Positions 51,193 through 64,000 of a stretch of DNA of 64,000 nt are shown one piece after another. A program made the translations under genes and the position numbers. Within the stretch, counting starts at the first letter, position 1; each line of letters opens with the position of its first letter. Where the stretch lies: the NCBI GenBank assembly GCA_043228905.1, contig JBHGNT010000011.1, forward strand, positions 9,920,001 to 9,984,000. Reading direction: 5' to 3'. Source of the DNA: Azolla caroliniana. Lineage: Eukaryota; Plantae; Polypodiophyta. The notes beneath the pieces are model-generated. The model saw nothing but the letters and a program-made list of their open reading frames with translations. It had not been told where the DNA came from and ran no database searches.

Positions 51193-53739
51193 ATGACTTG
51201 GCTTGTTAATGGAAAGACGATCGCAAGGAAAATAAAGAATAGAAACCATGGCACTACTACCAATAATTCTGTAGCAGATGAGCAAGAAGGCAATTTTGGC
51301 TGTGAGACAATCATTGAATGCCCTTACTGTGGCAATGTTCTTGAAGAAGGAAATGTAAGTGAGAGTATTATACATACATACATGGTCATGGGTTGAATCC
51401 TCACTTTCCAGTTAGTTTGATCACAAGAGAACTTAACCAAAATTCTAGATGTTTTTCCTACTTGGGGAAACATTGGAATATCTAGTACTAAAGAAATACC
51501 TTTTCCACATGGGAAACTTTGTCTAAAGATTTTATTTATTTTTTGTATCTATTTATGAGCAGATCACAACCCCTGCATGGCCTGGGCTACCTGCCGGTGT
51601 GAAGTTTGATCCAACCGACCGCGAGATTCTTGAGCATTTGGAGGCGAAGTTAGGCGTCAACAAAGCGAAGCCACCCCATCCTTATATAGATGTCTTTATA
51701 CCAACTTTGGATGGGGAAAACGGTATATATTATACGCATCCCGAGAGATTACCAGGTAAGATGATGAGGGGAAAACACCAAAATACCCTTATCATGTTAG
51801 GTATCTACCAAAACACCCCTATCATATTGGCATCTAACAAAACACCTGTAAGTGTTCTACAACTACTATTATACTTACATCAGTGCATTCTGATAAATTT
51901 CGTTGAATGGGGGTTATACAGGTAACCAACGATTTTGGGGTATTTTGGTGTTTTCCCTCAATAATTTTGGAAGACTGTATCATAGTTGACTGAGAGATTT
52001 CATATGTTTTTGTTTTCTACCTTTGCAGATATAAAACTTGATGGCAATTGCATCCACTATTTTCACAGGCCTATGAGGGCTTTTACAACGGGTACGAGGA
52101 AACGGAGGAAGATAGAAGGCCCCAGAAATGGGAGCGAAGTGCGGTGGCATAAGACTGGGCGAACACGGCCTGTAATGGGAAATGGAGGCCAACTTGGATT
52201 CAAAAAGATCATGGTACTCTATACTGGCACTCCTGGTAAGCATGCTCGAGGATTAGGTAAAACTAATTGGGTAATGCACCAATATCACATGGGTGTGAAT
52301 GAAGAAGAGAATGAAGGGGAATATGTTGTTGCTAAGATATTCTACCAGACTCAACTGAGGCAATCAAATGCCAATAGGAAGGTAGGGCCGCTTGATGGTG
52401 ATGTGCACCCGATGTGTGAACACACTATACATGACCTGGATGAGGTGCCGGATGGACCCACATTTGCTTCCATGCCACGATCGGACATTGACAATGACAT
52501 CAAACCTGATACCATTACTAATGTTAGCCTTGTCGAAGAGGCGAAAGGGCTATTTCAGACACTTTCGGAAGATGCACAACGGATGTGGTTTGAGTCGTTC
52601 CATTGCGCACTCAATGTTCTTGAGCAGGTATAATACTGAATCCATGTTACATATAAACTATTTTGTTTATATGTAATCAGTGATGGAAAATTTGAACATA
52701 GAGTGTGAACTCATAAAACTTGGTTATACTGATACACTCTAAGATAACATCATACATATATATGCTCCTGGATATCACGTGAAGCATGCGTACATTCACT
52801 CATACTAGCTACATACTTGTGTGCATACTTACTATGTACATAGATATGTGATGCCTATGCTCGTATGTATAAAATGTATGGATGTATGGTGCATACAAGC
52901 CATCAAAATACATGTAGACGTACATGCCTATGTCTGTTGTTAAGACAGGAAACATTCAAAAGAAGCGGGCATATATATGCTCCTAGACATCTTTTGAAAT
53001 ATACATGTACATATACATGCATAGTATATACATACGTACATAGGTACATGCTTCTATAGATGTATATAAAGTGTATACCTACATATATACATACAAGCAT
53101 GCATCTTTGTGCGTAAATACAGAGGTATACCTACCTATGTACATGTATACATGTATTTACTTTTTATGGTTAGGATGGCCCTATCCTAGGTGTCACAGAA
53201 CAAGGAGAATGCAGTCACACTCGGAGATTAGAGTTGCAACAAGGACCCAGCTATAATGAGGCTATAATTAATGGCCCCATGGCATTACGTGGCTTGGAGG
53301 ATGTATCAATGAACTCTCCGAAGCTCTCTGACACTGATATTTTCAACATCCTTGCAAATGAAGAGATTCAGGCAGCCTTAAAAGGGAAAAGTGTTGACGA
53401 GATGATGCCAACAACCACGATCGAAGGTAATGTCATAGAGATTGGGTCCAAGGAGGATATGGCGAACAAGTTTGAAGCGCTCGAAAATATCATCCTTGAG
53501 ACACCTCCAGACTTCATTATTGTGAGTGTGTTTGATTTGAAATGTGAAATGGCATGCTCCCATGGTATTTTAGTTTTGGTAATGATTTTGATACAAAAGC
53601 TGATTCTGTATTCACTTGTAACATGCAGGGGTCTCTCCTTAATTCTCAGGATGCCTTAGAAGCCCTTGAAATGTTCAAGTATTGGAGTGATTCTCAAAAA
53701 GGAGATGATAATTTCAATTTCACTGACCTTTTTAAATAG
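51193..53739 (+). CDS. SOG1: SOG1/ANAC008-type NAC transcription factor, ~470 aa; exons 51193-51354, 51563-51755, 52029-52627, 53174-53521, 53629-53739 (a short upstream first exon is possible)
   Basis: N-terminal WL....IA.KI and CPYC extension. The NAC domain has [37 protein letters not shown] and [10 protein letters not shown]. The C-terminus has [12 protein letters not shown]...SQD, as in SOG1. GT-AG exons join in frame. Confidence 0.88.
51765..51960. mobile_element. ~196-bp MITE in a NAC gene intron
   Basis: TIR pair tgagg(g)gaaaacaccaaaataccc / gggtattttggtgttttccctca. No clear TSD. Confidence 0.65.
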
Positions 53740-55483
53740 TCGACAGTTTCCGGTTGTGAGTTTAGTGAGATGGATTTGTGATGCTTTTCAATAATTGTGT
53801 TTATACAAGTCTTTGTCTTTATGACAGTCTTGTCATTAAGCTTCTATGGAGGTCTTAAGTGATTTTCTAGTGGTTATCACCCGCAATCAGAGTGTCATGA
53901 ACCAAGATGCTTATTTGGACTTTAAACACACATAAACTTAATTTCCTCGAGAACATTGGATGCCTACGGACGCAAGTGATGCAGCATGATTGTATTGGGC
54001 AAATTAACCATATACACGGCATACGATCCAGGATGTGACAACCTTGATTGACTTTTTTTTATCACAAATATAAGTCAGAATTTGAACCTTTCAGAGAACA
54101 TTGGTAAAGGTAATCAGAAACGTGGTGCACATGGCTCACTAAAATTTGCTATGATATGTTGTTACTTCAGGGTATGAAGGCAGCATTCAAATGGTTCTGT
54201 TACCAATAATGCTGTTGGAGAAAGAAATAAACTTGATATAAGAGTAAGATCATGAATGGCTGTAATCAATTGAGTAGAAAACACCTAAAATTGTAGAGAA
54301 TGATTCTCAAAGTGGGCACATAAATAGTTTAATGGAATGTATTTGCTTGTGTGCGAACAAAGAATTTGATGATATATATATTCTATCTAAACTCATCTAT
54401 GGTGTAGAATCAAGGTGAAAAAGATCATAAGGTGCTTATTGGCAGTAATGAATTTTGTGTCATCAAGTAATCTAGTTCAATTGGTAAGATTATCCAAAGG
54501 AGATTGAGAGGTCATGCGTTCAACCCCTACATTCCTAAGTGACATTTTGTAAATTAATAAAAATATGTATGAGTAATAGATAGTTTTGAATGTTAGATTT
54601 GTAACAACTAACCACTAGGAGAAGCTAATTGCAATAGAGAATAGTTTCCATTTAACCCAATTAGATTAGGCAAATGCACAAGAAAATGGGTGATTTAATC
54701 CTTACAACAAACAATTCTTCAAAAATACAAATTTAGGCTTCAAATTTTACTCCATCAGCTCAACAAATTTTACACGGGATAACCCTTTACAGGTTAATTG
54801 TAACTGCAAAATATTTGGCAAGCTATGTCATTTACTAACTTAATATGGAATGGAGTGCCTCATATTCTATAACCAAACATGCAAGAGTATGCTTGTGGCA
54901 AAGAGTTCTAAGGTGCAAGCAAACATTACGTACTATTTGGATTGTTTAGGGAAGGTTAGATGTCATTGAAATTTATTGGCCAAAGTTGGGGGTGAACATT
55001 GAGAAACCCCTTATAAGGACTTGTGCTTTACATAGGAAATTGTTTTTAACCAAGATATTTGAAGTATGGAAATCCTACAACTTTTGTAGCCATTGTGAGA
55101 TTTCCTTAGCATACACAAGGCATCGATAACGATACAATCTCAATCACATTTTGTATGTTGGGCATATTGCTAAACAATGACCCTAAGATATATGTCTCAT
55201 GATATAGGATCGATGTACATATATGTTGCACATGTCATGTCGAATGCTTACATGGAGAACCCAAGGAAATCATGCCACAAGATACATATATATGTAATAC
55301 CTATACGATATATGTTGTTTATATTGTGGTTCTCAATGTAGCTAGCAATACATTTGAATGACACATGCACCAAAGCAATTTGTAGAAATGGAGCATAAAC
55401 CAAGGATAGATATCATTAAATCATGGCCACCAATATAATGGCACTACTAGAAGTGAAGTGAAGTGTTTGTGTATGTGTATGTA

Positions 55484-55855
55484 TATGTATGTATGCAAAT
55501 GCACGTGTGTAATGTATGTTATGCAAATGTAAGTATGTAATCTATGTATGTATGCAAATGCACGTGTGTAATGTATGTTATGCAAATGTAAGTATGTAAT
55601 CTATGTATGTATGCAAATGCACGTGTGTAATGTATGTTATGCAAATGTAAGTATGTAATCTATGTATGTATGCAAATGCACGTGTGTAATGTATGTTATG
55701 CAAATGTAAGTATGTAATCTATGTATGTATGCAAATGCACGTGTGTAATGTATGTTATGCAAATGTAAGTATGTAATCTATGTATGTATGCAAATGCACG
55801 TGTGTAATGTATGTTATGCAAATGTAAGTATGTAATCTATGTATGTATGCAAATG
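55484..55855. repeat. Six essentially identical tandem 59-bp units, each containing a CACGTG G-box
   Basis: Unit atgcaaatgcacgtgtgtaatgtatgttatgcaaatgtaagtatgtaatctatgtatgt, with CACGTG at 55502, 55561, 55620, 55679, 55738 and 55797. Confidence 0.95.
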
Positions 55856-55894
55856 TGTGTATGCAATGCTATGTGCGAGTATGTAGAGGTAAGC

Positions 55895-56100
55895 TGTGAC
55901 GTGTGATAATGGAGTAGAGGGGGGTGGGCTATGGTTTAATTTTTTTTGCAGTGACTTAGATGTAGCAGGAGACAGGCGCAGATGATTTGGGGGGCACGTG
56001 GAGGCCAATTTTGTAATTCTAAGTCGGTCTAGAACTCTCACTTTCTATTATGCATATACTATACTAAGAGACACAGACACACACATTATATATATAGAAA
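55895..56100 (+). promoter_or_regulatory. Putative ABA-responsive proximal promoter of the AWPM-19 gene
   Basis: GACGTGTG at ~55898, GCACGTGG at ~55994 and a TATA-like tatatatag at ~56088, upstream of a gene family known to be ABA-induced. Confidence 0.55.
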
Positions 56101-56425
56101 GGAAACCACCCATCATTTCATCCTTTGTTTTAAATTCCACTTCCTGATTATAAGCTACCTGCAATCTCTTCATACCTCTAACCTAATCTCGTTGCTTAAT
56201 ATCAATTTAATTCATATATATATATATATATATATATATTGTATCCATCCCAATCATTTGTATTTGAATCTGCAACCATATATTCATTGGGGTGTTATAA
56301 TCAATCCCTTTGGAGTGCTTAAATTTCTTGCTTCCTTTGTTTCCGATTTGCTGATTGCTTCTTCCCTCCATTCAACGATTTCCAAAAGAATTTTATACTT
56401 AAATTCCTCATAATTACAAAGATCT

Positions 56426-57473
56426 ATGATGGCGGGGAGCGGTGCAGGTCGAGCTATGATTGCTCCGTTGGCTTTGCTCAACTTCTGTATGTTTATGATC
56501 GTGAACGGAATTGCGGGATGGGCACTGAATCGGCTTATCGACCGATCTTTAGGTCAATAAATAAATAAATAAATAGATATTTCCATTTCGGTGCTTACTA
56601 TATAGATTCAATTGTTGTATCTAATATGGCTACAATTCATGCTTCTTTAAATGTAATGTAATTGCACTCTGTTTATTAGGTTATATAACCAAATTTACAA
56701 ATTGTTGTTGTATGTGAAACGAGCAGGTAATGCCGGTGGATCGATGGCCACACCTGATACAGTGGGCGGGAATGGGTCGACCGTCTTCATGTTGATATTC
56801 GCGCTCATAGCGGGGGTAGTGGGAGTGGCGTCTACATTGGCGGGTCTAGCACACATGGCCTTGTGGAAGATGGAGACATTGGCGGCCGCACTCGCCACTG
56901 CCTTCTCCTCTTGGCTCCTAACACTCTTAGCCTTCGGGTAACACAATGGATGTTTTCTCTCGGTTGTATATAATATAATCCAGATTCTTGTTTTCCATTC
57001 TACGATCCGGCAAGTTTTCTTGCATGACTGTGTTTGTTCTGACTAATGTTTTTGTGTTGATAGGTTGGCTTGCAAGGAGATTCATTCGAGTAGGCGCGAT
57101 CGAAGACTGGTATTGTTCCCAGAAAATTAAATGATGAAATTAAATTATCGTCGAAATTATTACTTCAAAAGAAATGTTACTACTTGCTACTTAGAACTAC
57201 CCAAGAAGCATTTCCATATAATCAATTACCATGAGAAATACAATTATTCCTTCTTCTAATCATTTCATTAGTATTTAATATGTATAACATATTTGAATTG
57301 TGGATTTTAATTTCTCTTTGCAGATCGCGTTGGAGTCCTTCTTGATCATTCTGGGGGGAACTCATTTGTTGTACCTCATCTTACTTCATGTGCTCCTCGG
57401 AACTCAATCAACCAGGGAACCGGGATACGGAGCTGAACCCCATTCAAAAGCTCCAGCTGCGGCCGCAGTCTAA
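56426..57473 (+). CDS. AWPM-19-like (PM19L) membrane protein, ~177 aa; exons 56426-56552, 56727-56937, 57064-57109, 57324-57473
   Basis: Motifs PLALLNFCMF.IV.GIAGWALN, GNGST.F.LIFALIAGVVG.AS, W.LTLLAFGLACKEI and LESF.IIL..T.LLYL..LH. Exons join in frame. Confidence 0.93.
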
Positions 57474-58018
57474 AGAGGAATGTTAATGCCAAATATGTAG
57501 GCTAGGCCTAGGGAGTACAATACAAATTTAAGGGCACATCATTTGACAAAAGAGTACAATTTTAGTATTTACATTACTACAACTCGTGGAGTTTTCTTGT
57601 TACATATGTTTTATGCTTCTATACATACATTAGGGCCAAATGACACATAGTGATATATAAAGTACATAATTTTGTAGGGTTCGTTGGGTCTTCACGCCTT
57701 GTATAGTGTATGTGGTCACCCCAACATGGTCTACTAAAGTATCTACATATATATTTTTAAGTAAAAATTTTCTTAGGTTTTTATGTTGTATCGACACACA
57801 TCTTATGCAAAACTTGGATGTTTTGCTATATAGAGTGATGTGACAAAACATCCATGCCATGCATGCGGCTAGCTATGTATGATGATAGTGTCATTGGGTG
57901 TGCATACCTTCATGCATGAAATGTATAGAGGATTATCATCATTTAATTGTTCACAAATTTGCATTCGAGTCGGATGGAATTTTGATCTATGTTCTATCTT
58001 TGTGGTGTTGGCTCTTCA

Positions 58019-58655
58019 ATTCTTGGGTGGGTGTCCTTGTGTGAATTGTGTGAATGTGAATATTGAAGAAATTTGGAATAAGATCTTGTTTAAATGGCTT
58101 AGGAACAAGACACATGCTTGGGTTGACACTATCGAATCCGGGAAATGTTATTGTTAGTTTTGGTTACAACTCTATTTTGATCCTCACATTAATCGGAATC
58201 AGTCTCTTGTGGACATAATTTAATATTAGTTGCAAATCTTGGGTGGGTGTCTTTGTGTGAATGTGAATATTGAAGAAATTTGGAATAAGATCTTGTTTAA
58301 ATGGCTTAGGAACAATGGCTTAGGAACAAGACACATGCTTGGGTTGACACTATCCGGGAAATGTTATTGTTAGTTTTGGTTACAACTCTATTTTGATCCT
58401 CACATTAATCGGAATCAGTCTCTTGTGGACATAATTTAATATTAGTTGCAAATCTTGGGTGGGTGTCTTTGTGTGAATGTGAATATTGAAGAAATTTGGA
58501 ATAAGATCTTGTTTAAATGGCTTAGCAACAAGACACATGCTTGGGTTGACACGATCGAATCCGGGAAATGTTATTGTTAGTTTTGGTTACAACTCTATTT
58601 TGATCCTCACATTGATCGGAATCAGTCTCTTGTGGACATAATTTAATATTAGTTG
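58019..58655. repeat. Three tandem ~216-bp copies downstream of the AWPM-19 gene
   Basis: Units start tcttgggtgggtgtc at 58021, 58237 and 58453 and are near-identical apart from small indels. Confidence 0.92.
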
Positions 58656-59286
58656 GGAATTCTTACCATGGATAGGCCATGTCTCACAAATCGCACTTCA
58701 GACATTAGGAAGTGATTCTTGTCACAATTCTTGCCACAGGAAAGCTATGCATTTTGGTGCAATAGGACATCTTACTAATAAGTGTAAGGTCTTTCGAGTT
58801 GCGTTGTTCGATACACATTTGAAGTTGCTTCCAATGTTGCATTTCTTTTATCCACTTTGTTTGAGCGATTATGTTGGATTATTTATCATTTGTTGGTAAT
58901 TAATGAATAGAACATGCTAAGTTGATGATGAGACCTTCGTGAACTCACTTGAGCTGCTCAATATGATTGTACAATATATGAGCATTGCTCAACTTTTGAA
59001 TATGGAGGTTTGTAACACAATATGCATGGATTGAGAAATTTTCTACATACGTTGGGAGATTGTCCTAGGAAAAAGCATTAAATGATGGTAAAGTTGGAGG
59101 GATAAAGCACACATGTTGACATATCATATTGACTGCATTGAGGTGTAATATGGGAGGAAATTTTTGAATATTTTTTGTTTTTTATTGAGTGTTATGATGA
59201 TCATGGAAAACTCTATGTGTGCTACCATAACCATAATTGTAGTTCAATCCCATCTAGACTTGTTCAAGTTTTGTGTTGGTTATGTG

Positions 59287-60358
59287 TAGAGGTAGCGACG
59301 GGCTCGGTTCGGTTGAGTTTCTTTGCCTTAAAACCAAATTGAATTGAACCAAACAATTTATATCAAATAAAAAGCAAACCAAAGCGTTTAGGAAAAGGTA
59401 AACCAAACCAAAGCCGTTTAGGGAAAAATTAAACCGAGCCATTTTATAAAAAGTTTAAACTTGATCACATTTAAGTTAAATTAATTAAAAAATTAAATAA
59501 ATAAAAATACACAATTAAATAAGCATTTATGTTTAATTAATTAATTAAATAAATAAGTATCAATTAAGTCATTAATTAGATTAAATAAAAGTGAATTAAA
59601 TCAATAAAAAACATTAATTAAACCATTAAATTACATAAACATTTAAGGGATAAAAAAGGTTAGCCCAAAAACCTTTAAACCAAACCACTTAATCCTATAA
59701 AATGACCTATAAATTGATAAACCCTAGTTTCAGAACCAAACCGAACTATTAATTAATAATTAAAACCAAACCAAACCATTTAATTATTTTGGAACTTATA
59801 AACATTTAAACCATGGCTTAACGGTACGGTTCAGTTTGAGCCAGGTCCATTTCTAGTTTGAGTCATAACATACTATGAAAAAGGTGGGTTCCAATCACTA
59901 CTTGGTTGAACATGTATGTTCAATATATTCATGAGAAACGATTTTACTAGTGTATTGTTACGCTATTTAGCAATGGGCATGGTTTTCAGCTCAAACCGAA
60001 CCGAACGTTAAGCCATGGTTTAACGGTTTATTGGTTCCCCCAAAAAATAATGGTTTGGTTTGGTTTGGATTTTTTATAAACGGTTCAGTTCTAAAACTCA
60101 GGTTTATAGGTTTGGTTTAAAGGTTTATAGGTTTTTGGTTCACTTTTTTTTTACCTTAATAGTTTATTCATTTTATGGTTTAATTAATGGTTTCTTATTG
60201 ATTTAATAAATTTAACTTAAATTTTTACTTAATTTAATATATATATATTTATTTAGATGTTTAATTAGTTTGACTTAAGTGATTAGGTTTAAATTTTTTA
60301 TTAAATGGTTCAATTTGGTTTCAACTTTTCCCTAAACGATTTGGTTTTTATTGTTATC
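59287..60358. mobile_element. Two inverted copies of an AT-rich MITE (59287-59854 and a truncated 59968-60358)
   Basis: AACCAAACC/GGTTCGGTT-rich ends. ttaaaccatggcttaacg...ggttcagtttgagc (59806-59841) is mirrored by gctcaaaccgaaccgaacgttaagccatggtttaa (~59989-60023). Confidence 0.6.
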
Positions 60359-63300
60359 TGTAGGACAAAGGGCACGAGGTCTGAAACGAATCTAAAGAGA
60401 CGAGTAGGTAAAGTAGATAAAAAGTGAATCGGCCGAGCACTCGCAGTCGATGATGGTGGAATGAAATACATACAACCTAGAATAAAGGTTGTGAAACTAG
60501 GAGGAAGTAGCTGAGGCGCACCAAGGAAAGAAGAGGCTATATAAATCAGGGAATAGCAAAAGGAAAGGACGGGGGAATATATGCATAGGTTATGATATAT
60601 ATATATAGAGAGTGACTAATATAATCGGCCTGTGTTACCTTGTAATCGATTTTATCTAGTAATCAATATGCATACTTTTTGGGTCATCTTTGTGTTTGTT
60701 TCCATAATCTGTACTTTCGATTATGTTATTCCTAAGTCGTAAGTGGAACACCGATTGTGGTCAACTATTGTGTAGTTGTTTGGCCTACTTGGCCCTATTG
60801 TAGTCCCCTACGCCACCACAATTCCTTATGACGCTACAACTCGAAATTCTGTCGGCAATGCGATTTATACCAGCGCATTGGCCAACCCACTCAGCAAGCC
60901 TGAATGCCTCACCAACCGATTCTTCCACTAGAGCCTTTCCTAAAGTGGGGCTTGTATTTCGTCGGCCCATTCAAACCGGTCGCGGCTCGCACATGCAATC
61001 AGTATATCATAGTTGCAATAGACTATTGCTGCACTAAATGGGTCAAAGCGAAGGCGTATTGTACTAAATGGGTAGAAGCGAAGGCGCTTCGTGACAACAC
61101 CACCATGTCTACCACAAAATTCGTTTACGGATACTTATGGTGCTCATTTGGCTACCCGATCGAGCTCTTCGGCGACTAAAGAGGTCATTTCCTCAATCGA
61201 CTTATTCGGAAACTCATGACACACTATGCAGTGGTCCATAAGAAAAGCACGCCGTACTACTCACAAGCAAATGGCTTGGCTGAGTCAACAAATAAAACAC
61301 TGCAGACCATTCTCAAGAAGATCGTGAACGAACATCAAACCGCTTGGGATGATAAGCTTCACAGTGCACTTTGGGCGTATCGTACGATGTTCAAAACAAG
61401 TATCAAATCTACACCTTTTCATCTAGCTTTCAGTTTGGAAGTGGTCATGCCTATGGAATTCCAGGTACCGAGTCTACGAGTACAAATAACTGAACGACTT
61501 CCTAAGTTCGAGTCAAAGCAGGAACGACTCGAATAATTACCAGAACTCGGAGAACATCAGATCTCTAGTCTGACCCAATTAGAACACGACCAGTGGCAAC
61601 GGAAAGCCTTCATCAACCGCCATTGGAAGGGTTCGGAGAAATCATTCGAAATCGGTAAACCAGTCCTAGTTTTTCAAACTCGGCTTGGCTCGATGACAGG
61701 AAAGCCCTATTTCTGATGGACCGGGCCTTTTTGGATCATTGACGAATTTAACGAGACATTCCTGCTCGGGACACTAGCCGGCGACATCATGCCGAAATGG
61801 GTCAATGGGTTTCGGTTAAAATCGTATATCGGCCATACCCCACCAAACCCTTTCGCCAGTAAGCGACACGGCCACGATCGGCCCACGGTAGGTGAAACAA
61901 AGGATCTTGGGGGCCAATCGCCTCAATCAAGGTAATTAGTCTACCTACTCCCCGAAATTGTATACGATGTGAAAAGAAAATGAAAAAAAAGACCTACTAA
62001 GTTAAGTATCTAAGGAACATGCATGACATGCGAGAAAAGAAAGTAGACACGGTTTTTCGACACATGGTCTTTAAACCTTATTATGAAAGGAAAGATTCTG
62101 AATCAAAGGCACAAGGCCACGTCTCGAGAACCAAGGCAAATATATAAAGCACGGAACCACATGCACAACATTCACAGATGCACATAGCCTTCAAGCTCTC
62201 TCGCTCTTGCACCCCCTGCTCAGAAGCCTCCTCGCTCTCTCATTATTAGCATCAATACTCTCAAACCTCTTCTTACTTTTCATCTCCCGAGCCAACCATG
62301 CCGCTCGAAGTTTCCAATGAGCTCCGCACTTGGTTGAACAGGCACGGCCTGGGCGGATACCTCAAAGTGGTAGATGCACCCCCCACCCCCATGCCTAGGA
62401 AATCAGACGTTGCGTGCATCTTGACATCATCACCAATGACTAGATCCGGTCGGTGTTGGGCCTACAGTGAGGTGGCGACCATGACATCGAGGCTCCGCCT
62501 TAGAATGTCCTCAAAGTTTATTTTGGGGAGTACTCGGTGTCGGCAAAGGCGTATCATACTGAAGGCAGCCCTAACAAGTTCTTTGGCGATCTCACCAAAT
62601 TTCTTTTGGAGTTTGCCTGTGTGCACGGTAATACGTACAACATGTCGCGGAAGAAGGCAAGAATAATCCTCACCGCCTACAGAGGCGATGCACTTGATTG
62701 GGGAATCATCACAGGGGAAGGAGTTCGGTCCGGCTTGTCGGCTTTCTAGGCACGGAAATGGTTCTTGCCTGCCTTAGCACACTACTTATCTATGCTTTAC
62801 CACCCACCAATCCACTACCACACCCCGCCGAACCCTCACTCTCCCCGCCCCGCCCCGCCCCGCCCACCTAGGTGAAATAACAACGAGCTTTATAGTTAAC
62901 TCAGGAGGAATGGCAGGATGATACACTTGTCCAATCTCTCACCGCGCCACGACCGACCACCAATACTAGGGCCCAAGAGCCAGAAGACAATATCACCATA
63001 AGGGGGCGTGAAAAACCTAAGTCATCTGCCCTAGTAGAAAAACCGAAACTCAGAGTGGCCAGCCCGTGATAGGACCGCCGGGAGGAGACCCGGACAACCA
63101 CAAATGACAGTAATTGCTCATCCGGGGAGCAACTGAAATGGTTCCGAGAAGAGTCAGCGGACACGAAGAAACTCTCCCACGTGAGCCCCGCCAAGAAACG
63201 TCGCAGGCTGCACCGACACAACAAAGAGCAAAGGGAATCCTCGGCCGAAAACCTCCAATTGGTCGTGGCTTCCGAAAAGACTGTCGTTGTCATCCCAGGC

Positions 63301-64000
63301 AAAGTCTTGTCCTTGACAAAACATATGGAGAAGGGACAAGCGTCCCGTGCTCGGAAGACGAAGTGTTTTCATTCAAGGACATGCCCGCCGAAGCCTATGA
63401 CTCAATCGGTGCGCTCTTATAACACGACACGACATACGAGCTAATCAACTTTCTCGCTCGTCTCCAGGTTGCCGTAGTAGCATGCATAGGCTAGGAACAT
63501 GTTAAGCAACAGATGGTCCTATGCGCGCTCACCAACGAGCTCGAACCAGACAAGGAGCCGCAGCTCTAGAAAATCGACTGAAAATGACAAACTACGTCCA
63601 GTCGCACACGGATCGAGCTACCTAAGCTCAATAGGGCCCTGGTCGATGCTTACCGAGAAGCGGACAAGACGACCTGTGCAGCTAAAGATATTGCGGCCAG
63701 TAGAAAAGAAGCGCGCAAATAGGCCAAGACGACCACAAAACTATGGCAGGCTTCGGAAAGCCGGAGAGCCGAGCTTGAGCAACGACTCAAAGAAACTAGG
63801 CAAACAAACCTCTCGCCCTTCCACCCCCTGCTTCCAACCATGTGGATGTGTCCACACAGACCGAGGACACAACCGACTCGGTGTTGGCCACCGAAACGAC
63901 TGAGGTCCCTCCACCCAACCATGAAGAGGAGCTCACAATGCAATCGGCGATCGACGAGAAAGCAAAAGAGCATTATGAACAGGCCAAAGCAAAAGCCAAC
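60359..64000 (+). mobile_element. Degenerate Gypsy: LTR-like segment (60359-~60812), integrase remnant (~60813-61930) and downstream accessory ORF remnants (62298 to window end)
   Basis: TGTAGG...CCTAC termini. Integrase motifs CRQCDL.QR, KWGL.FVGP, TKWVEA, STPYYSQANGLAESTNK, ALWAYRT and WTGPF. Confidence 0.75.

Noticed and set aside
52740-53160. ORFs in the TACA/TATG-rich NAC intron
   Set aside because: Low-complexity intronic sequence.
55484-55855. Regular repeat array as a possible CRISPR
   Set aside because: The units are contiguous and identical with no unique spacers, there are no cas genes, and the context is eukaryotic.

Overview
Eukaryotic, AT-rich, intron-containing DNA from a land plant; the TE lineages and gene styles suggest a non-seed plant, probably a moss (inference). 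There are three intact host genes: a 3xCBM22-GH10 endo-xylanase (minus, 12684-18895), a SOG1-type NAC transcription factor (plus, 51193-53739) and an AWPM-19/PM19-like membrane protein (plus, 56426-57473), the last preceded by a 6x59-bp tandem array that carries a G-box in every unit. Most of the remaining sequence is LINE remnants, MITEs and a nested TE block (about 20-50 kb). The most unusual object is a TIR-bounded DNA transposon (25587-43198, about 7.3 kb once two younger Gypsy insertions are removed). It carries two divergent genes: (i) a Sola/DUF7869-like DDD transposase with a C-terminal Tudor/BAH-like module, and (ii) an intron-containing, prokaryote/phage-style ParB-like plus beta-class N6A/N4C DNA methyltransferase gene. 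A 354-bp near-perfect inverted repeat follows the methyltransferase gene. Both transposon genes are inactivated in this copy. All coordinates, splice models and alignments were worked out by eye; no database searches were run.
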